In this document: piece by piece, positions 58,900 through 64,000 of the stretch
How positions within the stretch are numbered: position 1 is the stretch's first letter
Layout: the number at the start of each line of letters is the position of its first letter
Source of the DNA: a virus
Virus record (IMG/VR): IMGVR_UViG_3300034072_000369
Span: 6,093 to 70,092 of that record
Direction: 5' to 3' (one strand)
DNA length: 64,000 nucleotides
Made by a program: the position numbers and the translations under genes
The notes under the pieces: generated by a model
What the model was told of the DNA's origin: nothing
The model's database searches: none
What the model saw: only the letters and a program-made list of their open reading frames with translations

Positions 58900-60246
58900 A
58901 TGTCTATTAACCTCCATGAAGGTCAATCAGAAGTATTTGAGGATTTGTTTGTACATCAAGCAGCTAGATTTGCTGTCGTTTGTTGTAGCCGTGGTTGGGG
59001 TAAGTCTTTTATGGCAGGAGCAACCGCTTGCACAGCTATATTTGAATTATTAGAGTTAGCACCAACAGTGCCAAATAAAGTAGTGTATATAATTGCACCC
59101 ACTTATGATCAAGTTACTGACATTTACTATCCTTTAATTAATTATGACTTAGGTATGGATAGGTACGCAATTAAATCTTCAAGAGATCTTGGTAGATTTA
59201 TATTTCCTTACAATGTAGAACTTAGGTTATTATCTTATGAAGCCGTTGAAAGAATGCGTGGTAAAGGTGCCTATTTTGTTGTGTGGGATGAAGTATCCTC
59301 ATGCAAAAGAGGTATTAGTCCAAAGGAAGCTTGGGAAGGAGTCATCCAACCTACCATCATTACTCGTTGGTCCAAGAAAAGAGCAGCAACCTTTAAAGCT
59401 AGATCTCCAGGACGTGGCTTGATTATTAGTACACCAAAAGGTTTTAATTACTTTCACGAAATGCATACTTATGAGAGTAGCGATCGTGATTGGAAGTCTT
59501 ATCATTTTGACTATAAAACATCTCCATTTCTTGATGTTGATGAGATTGAAAGGATTAAAAGAAACATTGATCCTATTGAATTTGCATCTGAGTATTTAGC
59601 ATTATTTAAAGAATCAGGTAATTCTGTATTTTATTGCTTTGATAGGAAGAAGAATATATCTTCAGATCTACCATACTTTACACCACCATCAGATGGTGAT
59701 AAAGGTGAGGATGTTCATATCAATATTGACTTTAACGTCGGTCTTCAATGTAGCTCTGCTATGGCAATTAGAGGTAAGCAAGTTCATATATTAGATGAAT
59801 TTAAAGGCCATCCTGATACTGAAACACTAGCTATTGCACTTAAAACTAAGTATCAAGGACATAGGATTTTTGCTTATCCTGATCCATCAGGTAGAGCACG
59901 TAAATCTTCTGCTCCTGTTGGTCGTACTGATTTCTCTATATTAGAGTCTCATGGCATTCGCTGTCTGGCTCATCCCAAAGCTCCTCCGATTATCGATTCA
60001 GTTGCTGCAGTTAATAAGAAGCTGCAAAATGCTGCAGGTGATATTGATATGTACATTCATCCTCGTTGTACTGGTGTAATTACATCACTAGAGCGAACCA
60101 GATGGGTTGATAATAATTCAGATACGGCAACTATAGATAAATCTGAAGGCATTGAGCATTATTCTGATGGTATTAGGTATGGAATAGAATATCTATTCCC
60201 TGTGCAATCAGGCACAAAACGTGTCCAACGAGGTTTTAATTTCTAG
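58900..60246 (+). CDS. terL: Terminase large subunit
   Basis: LHEGQ, Walker A SRGWGKS, Walker B VVWDE, ISTPKG, nuclease IDFNV, YPDPSG, HYSDGIRY. Confidence 0.95.
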   Translation: MSINLHEGQSEVFEDLFVHQAARFAVVCCSRGWGKSFMAGATACTAIFELLELAPTVPNKVVYIIAPTYDQVTDIYYPLINYDLGMDRYAIKSSRDLGRFIFPYNVELRLLSYEAVERMRGKGAYFVVWDEVSSCKRGISPKEAWEGVIQPTIITRWSKKRAATFKARSPGRGLIISTPKGFNYFHEMHTYESSDRDWKSYHFDYKTSPFLDVDEIERIKRNIDPIEFASEYLALFKESGNSVFYCFDRKKNISSDLPYFTPPSDGDKGEDVHINIDFNVGLQCSSAMAIRGKQVHILDEFKGHPDTETLAIALKTKYQGHRIFAYPDPSGRARKSSAPVGRTDFSILESHGIRCLAHPKAPPIIDSVAAVNKKLQNAAGDIDMYIHPRCTGVITSLERTRWVDNNSDTATIDKSEGIEHYSDGIRYGIEYLFPVQSGTKRVQRGFNF

Positions 60247-60259
60247 AAAGTGAGTCATA

Positions 60260-60886
60260 ATGGCAAGATCTAAACTTACCGATACAACGGAAGATCTTAA
60301 CAACGACTCTGGCAGTGTACTTTGGTCTATCGTAAAGGGAGAACAATTAGAGTTTCCAATTATTTTGAACTTTATTGAGAATGCTCCTATTGTAGTAAAT
60401 GGCTCACTTGCTCATCCAGCTTCGGTTTATACTTATGAAACCGTAGTTGTTGAAGCTGCAAATATTGCGTTTCAAGAGGAAAAGCCAATTATAATACAAC
60501 CAAACGGTCAAAGCACATTACTTAATATTAGAATCCCTACTTATAGAGGTAATTGGGATCCTGCTCAAGCCTACAATAAGGAAGAAGTAGTTGCTTATGC
60601 AACAAAATACTATAAACTTTTAGTAGGAGCAGCCAGAGTTAATTCTACTGTACCTTCATCAGATTCTTTATGGGAAGAAACAGTACTTAATAAAGTATAT
60701 TTACAATTTCCAGCATCACTTGGGTCGGGATGGGCTGTATCAGCTGCAGTTAGTTATCCAGTATATGGATTCTTTGAGATGCGTGTAACAGAGCCTCAAG
60801 ATGCTATTTTTAGGCGTACATGGAAACCTATTAGGGGTATGGTTGAACTCTTATTTAGCCCGACAGATTACGTTCCTGATGCATAA
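60260..60886 (+). CDS. Putative virion structural protein
   Basis: 208 aa; YRGNWDPAQAY module seen in virion appendage proteins. Confidence 0.55.
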   Translation: MARSKLTDTTEDLNNDSGSVLWSIVKGEQLEFPIILNFIENAPIVVNGSLAHPASVYTYETVVVEAANIAFQEEKPIIIQPNGQSTLLNIRIPTYRGNWDPAQAYNKEEVVAYATKYYKLLVGAARVNSTVPSSDSLWEETVLNKVYLQFPASLGSGWAVSAAVSYPVYGFFEMRVTEPQDAIFRRTWKPIRGMVELLFSPTDYVPDA

Positions 60887-60899
60887 TTAGGAGGTAATC

Positions 60900-62465
60900 A
60901 TGGCCACTGATAAGACAATTACTATAACTGCATCGGTTCCTATTGCACCTATATTAACAACAAAAGTAGTTACTGCTACAGTAAACACACCTACCACTAC
61001 AGTAGCTTTAAATGAAGTAGATAAACTTGGTGTAGTAATTGAAAAGGTAGGAAACTTATATGTAAACCTAACAGGCTACGGTGAAGAAGCAATACCATCT
61101 CCAACTCTTGTTAAGTATAATCAAGACCTTTTCAATGCAATTGAAACTTTTAGAAAAAACTTATTAAAGCCATTTACAGAATCTAAAAGTATATCTGACT
61201 TATCCTATTGGCTATTTTCTAAAAATCAATTAGAAAACATCACTACTATAGAAGTATTTACAACAGTAACAGATTTTAACAGACCTTTACTAGAAGTTGT
61301 TTCTACATCCGAAAGGCGTCAATTTGAATTTTATAAGCCTTTCTTTGAAAATGCAAGTATTTTAGAACACATTAGTATTAGTCCACAAAAACTATTTTTA
61401 GACTCATCAACAGTTGCAGACCTAATATCTAAAGTAATCTCTCCAGTAAAAACAGAGACTTTACTAGCAATTGAGGACTTTCAGAAACATGTATTTAAAG
61501 TGTTTCTCAGTAACTCATTGATTAGCGACCTAACAACACTACACCCGAATAAAGGTATAGTGGATATTGTTAATTTAGGTTCATTTATCGAAGTATTATC
61601 ATTTGAGGTATCAGCAGTATTATTAGATACTATATTTACAACAGATGATGTACTGGGTAACGCAAATATTGATGATGATCAGTATGCTTTTGTCCAGAAG
61701 AGACTTATAGAGAATACTACACTCATAGAGACAATAACTACCTTAGTATCATTTTTACGTAGTTTTGATGAAAATATAGCTTTAAGTGACCTCTTTAATT
61801 TAAATTTCTTCAAGAACGAATATGAAACATCTAATATATCTGAAACAATTAATAAGAGCTATTCTAAGCTGATCTTAGACAGTTCTTATTCAGAGGAAAT
61901 GTATGGTATTCCTGATTATGTAGCTTCTACATATGCAATAGATACTGTAAGTACCTCTGTCAATAAAGGTGCTGTTGAAAATCTGGTAACATCTGACTTA
62001 TTCTTTACAGTAGTTGATTTTAACCGATTCGTAGATCAAGTTAATAGTCTTGCAGATGAAATTGTTTTCAATTCTGCTAAAGTGCTAACTGATAATCCTG
62101 TAACAAATGAAACAATTTCCTTTGCAGCTATCCGAATATTAGCCGATGGCTTCATCGCTAATGATTCACTATCTAATTCTTCTACTAAAGTTGTAGAAGA
62201 TATTGTTAATAATATAACTGATGTTAATTATTTTAGTATTTTACCGTCTTATGTAGAACTTTTAGCTTTAAGTGAAACATTATCATTTTCGCAATTTGTA
62301 GTTTATTCCGATTTAAGCTCTCTAAGTGATACTATTTCAAGAAGTTCAACTAAAAATACAAATGAAGTAATCTTAACATCAGAATATAAATTGGCCCATG
62401 TCCAAGACTATTTCGCAAGCAACTATGTAGCAATTGGCTATGTAGGTTCTTACTACACTATTTGA
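60900..62465 (+). CDS. Putative virion structural protein with degenerate short repeats
   Basis: 521 aa, repeating K...(D/E)...(D/E) units rich in S/T/F. Confidence 0.5.
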   Translation: MATDKTITITASVPIAPILTTKVVTATVNTPTTTVALNEVDKLGVVIEKVGNLYVNLTGYGEEAIPSPTLVKYNQDLFNAIETFRKNLLKPFTESKSISDLSYWLFSKNQLENITTIEVFTTVTDFNRPLLEVVSTSERRQFEFYKPFFENASILEHISISPQKLFLDSSTVADLISKVISPVKTETLLAIEDFQKHVFKVFLSNSLISDLTTLHPNKGIVDIVNLGSFIEVLSFEVSAVLLDTIFTTDDVLGNANIDDDQYAFVQKRLIENTTLIETITTLVSFLRSFDENIALSDLFNLNFFKNEYETSNISETINKSYSKLILDSSYSEEMYGIPDYVASTYAIDTVSTSVNKGAVENLVTSDLFFTVVDFNRFVDQVNSLADEIVFNSAKVLTDNPVTNETISFAAIRILADGFIANDSLSNSSTKVVEDIVNNITDVNYFSILPSYVELLALSETLSFSQFVVYSDLSSLSDTISRSSTKNTNEVILTSEYKLAHVQDYFASNYVAIGYVGSYYTI

Positions 62466-62475
62466 GGTTAAAGAA

Positions 62476-62928
62476 ATGTTGAAAGATAAAATTAAGGCTA
62501 CTGGTTTAGTTAAGTTTGTTCTTACTGACGCTAATGGAAATGTCAAAGAGCAACATGATCATAACCTAGTAGTTGATGTTGGTTTAGCATATATTGCTAG
62601 CCGAATGAAAGATACCACTGCAACCGCTATGTCACATATGGCAGTAGGCACTGGAACTGCAGCAGCTGCAGATGCTCAAACAGCACTCGGAACCGAATCA
62701 GCTCGTGTTGCACTAGATTCTACAACTATTGTCACTACAACAGTTGCTAATGATTCGATTCAATATGTCGCTACATTTAGTCCTGGCGTAGCTACCGCTG
62801 CTATCACTGAAGCAGGTATTTTCAATGCCTCATCTAGTGGAACTATGTTATGTCGTACAAAGTTTGATGTTATTAACAAAGGTGCGTTAGATACTCTCAC
62901 GATCACCTGGAAGATTACTGTAGCCTAA
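62476..62928 (+). CDS. Putative virion structural protein (fibre-collar-like)
   Basis: NLVVDVG, SHMAVGTG, ITEAGIFNA, LTITWKIT pattern. Confidence 0.65.
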   Translation: MLKDKIKATGLVKFVLTDANGNVKEQHDHNLVVDVGLAYIASRMKDTTATAMSHMAVGTGTAAAADAQTALGTESARVALDSTTIVTTTVANDSIQYVATFSPGVATAAITEAGIFNASSSGTMLCRTKFDVINKGALDTLTITWKITVA

Positions 62929-62947
62929 TTTAACTGAGAGGACTATT

Positions 62948-64000
62948 ATGGTTGCTATTGTTACTCGTGAGGTAGGGGCTACAGCCAAAGGTAGTCCTCT
63001 CACTAACGCTGAGGTTGATAATAATTTTATCAATCTAGAAGAAGGAAAGATTGAACGATTTGTAGCTTGTAAGAATGAAACCGGTTCGACTGCTGCTATC
63101 GGTACTGTAGTATATATTACTGGATCTACTGGTACTAATCCTATATTTGCGCTTGCAGCTGCTTCTTCCGAAGCTACTTCATCTAAAACATTTGGTATTG
63201 TATGGCCAGCTGCTATTAATAATAACGCAGTAGGTAATGTAATAACTCAAGGTATTATCACAGGCCTTAACACATCTGCATATTCAGCAGGTGCAGCCTT
63301 ATGGTTAAGTACTACAGCTGGCAGCTTAACTGCAACAAAGCCTACTCAACCTAATCACAGTGTATTTATAGGCTATGTTGTTAGATCTCATGCGACTGAA
63401 GGCTCGATACAAGTTAAAATCCTAAACGGATATGAGTTAGATGAACTTCATGATGTTTTGATTACATCTCCAGCATATCGTCAGTTTTTATATCGAAATG
63501 CATCTAATACATTATGGATTAATGGCTTTATTCAAGATGTAATTGGAGCTAAGATTGGATCAGCTCCAGATGAAATTCCATTAAATCAATACTTAGGTGA
63601 TTTAGCTTATCAAAGTTCTAAGAGTGTCTCTATAGATTTGCTTAACGCAACTACTATTTCCAGCACTAATGGAGCGACTATTCAAGGTCTAACAATAGGC
63701 CGTGGCGCAGGTGCTGTGGATACCAACACTGCGGTGGGTGCGAGTGCGTTGGCGGCTACAACTACGGGAGATAACCTTGTTGGCGTTGGTTATGGCGCTT
63801 TGCAAACAAACACGACTGGTCCGCGAAATGTGGCTGTTGGACGCAATGCTCTCTACGCAAACACTACGAACGGCGACAATACCGCATTGGGTCATGCGTC
63901 TCTTGGGTCTAGCACTGGAAGCAACAACACTGCTGTTGGGTCTCAGGCGCTCACTTCCAACACCACCGCCTCCAACAACACTGCCGTTGGTTATCAGGCG
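62948..64000 (+). CDS. Fibre protein, truncated by the window end
   Basis: GAGGA RBS, MVAIVTR...KGSPLTNAEVDNNFINL start; distal NTAVG-type repeats (after ~63720) in the same frame. Confidence 0.75.
   Translation, partial: MVAIVTREVGATAKGSPLTNAEVDNNFINLEEGKIERFVACKNETGSTAAIGTVVYITGSTGTNPIFALAAASSEATSSKTFGIVWPAAINNNAVGNVITQGIITGLNTSAYSAGAALWLSTTAGSLTATKPTQPNHSVFIGYVVRSHATEGSIQVKILNGYELDELHDVLITSPAYRQFLYRNASNTLWINGFIQDVIGAKIGSAPDEIPLNQYLGDLAYQSSKSVSIDLLNATTISSTNGATIQGLTIGRGAGAVDTNTAVGASALAATTTGDNLVGVGYGALQTNTTGPRNVAVGRNALYANTTNGDNTALGHASLGSSTGSNNTAVGSQALTSNTTASNNTAVGYQA

Noticed and set aside
1396-63895. Minus-strand ORFs in the track (e.g. 5775-6485, 13044-13598, 23532-23843, 41635-42120)
   Set aside because: Nearly all lie antisense to well-supported genes, lack recognisable motifs, and mirror the codon or repeat pattern of the + strand gene.
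1-64000. Stop-codon reassignment or a lysogeny module
   Set aside because: Long genes are intact in the standard code with all three stops used at gene ends; no integrase or repressor motif was found.

Overview
The window is most of the genome of an AT-rich tailed dsDNA phage with a long non-contractile (siphovirus-like) tail. All credible genes are on the + strand and no integrase or repressor is visible. Gene order: end of a probable portal gene, head and tail module (0.5-27.3 kb), lysis pair, early small genes, a T7-type RNA polymerase, a T7-like replication module (SSB, family A DNA polymerase, exonuclease, primase-helicase, class II RNR, ligase), accessory genes with tRNA-Leu(UAA), a class III nucleotide cyclase, terminase and fibre-like genes. 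The main system is a two-polymerase transcription programme. One single-subunit RNA polymerase is fused behind a MuF/SPP1-gp7-type minor head domain (455-5083), which suggests it is packaged in the virion; a second, stand-alone polymerase lies at 30933-33218. Two distinct conserved intergenic motifs (5 copies and 3 copies) could be their promoters. Other notable elements: a group I intron with a LAGLIDADG endonuclease splitting the RNR active-site motif, a lambda-type -1 frameshift, three tandem pseudoknot-like repeats, an inverted pair of GC-rich elements, and terminators followed by CTTTA-poly(T). All protein calls come from motifs and gene order read by eye; no database search was run.
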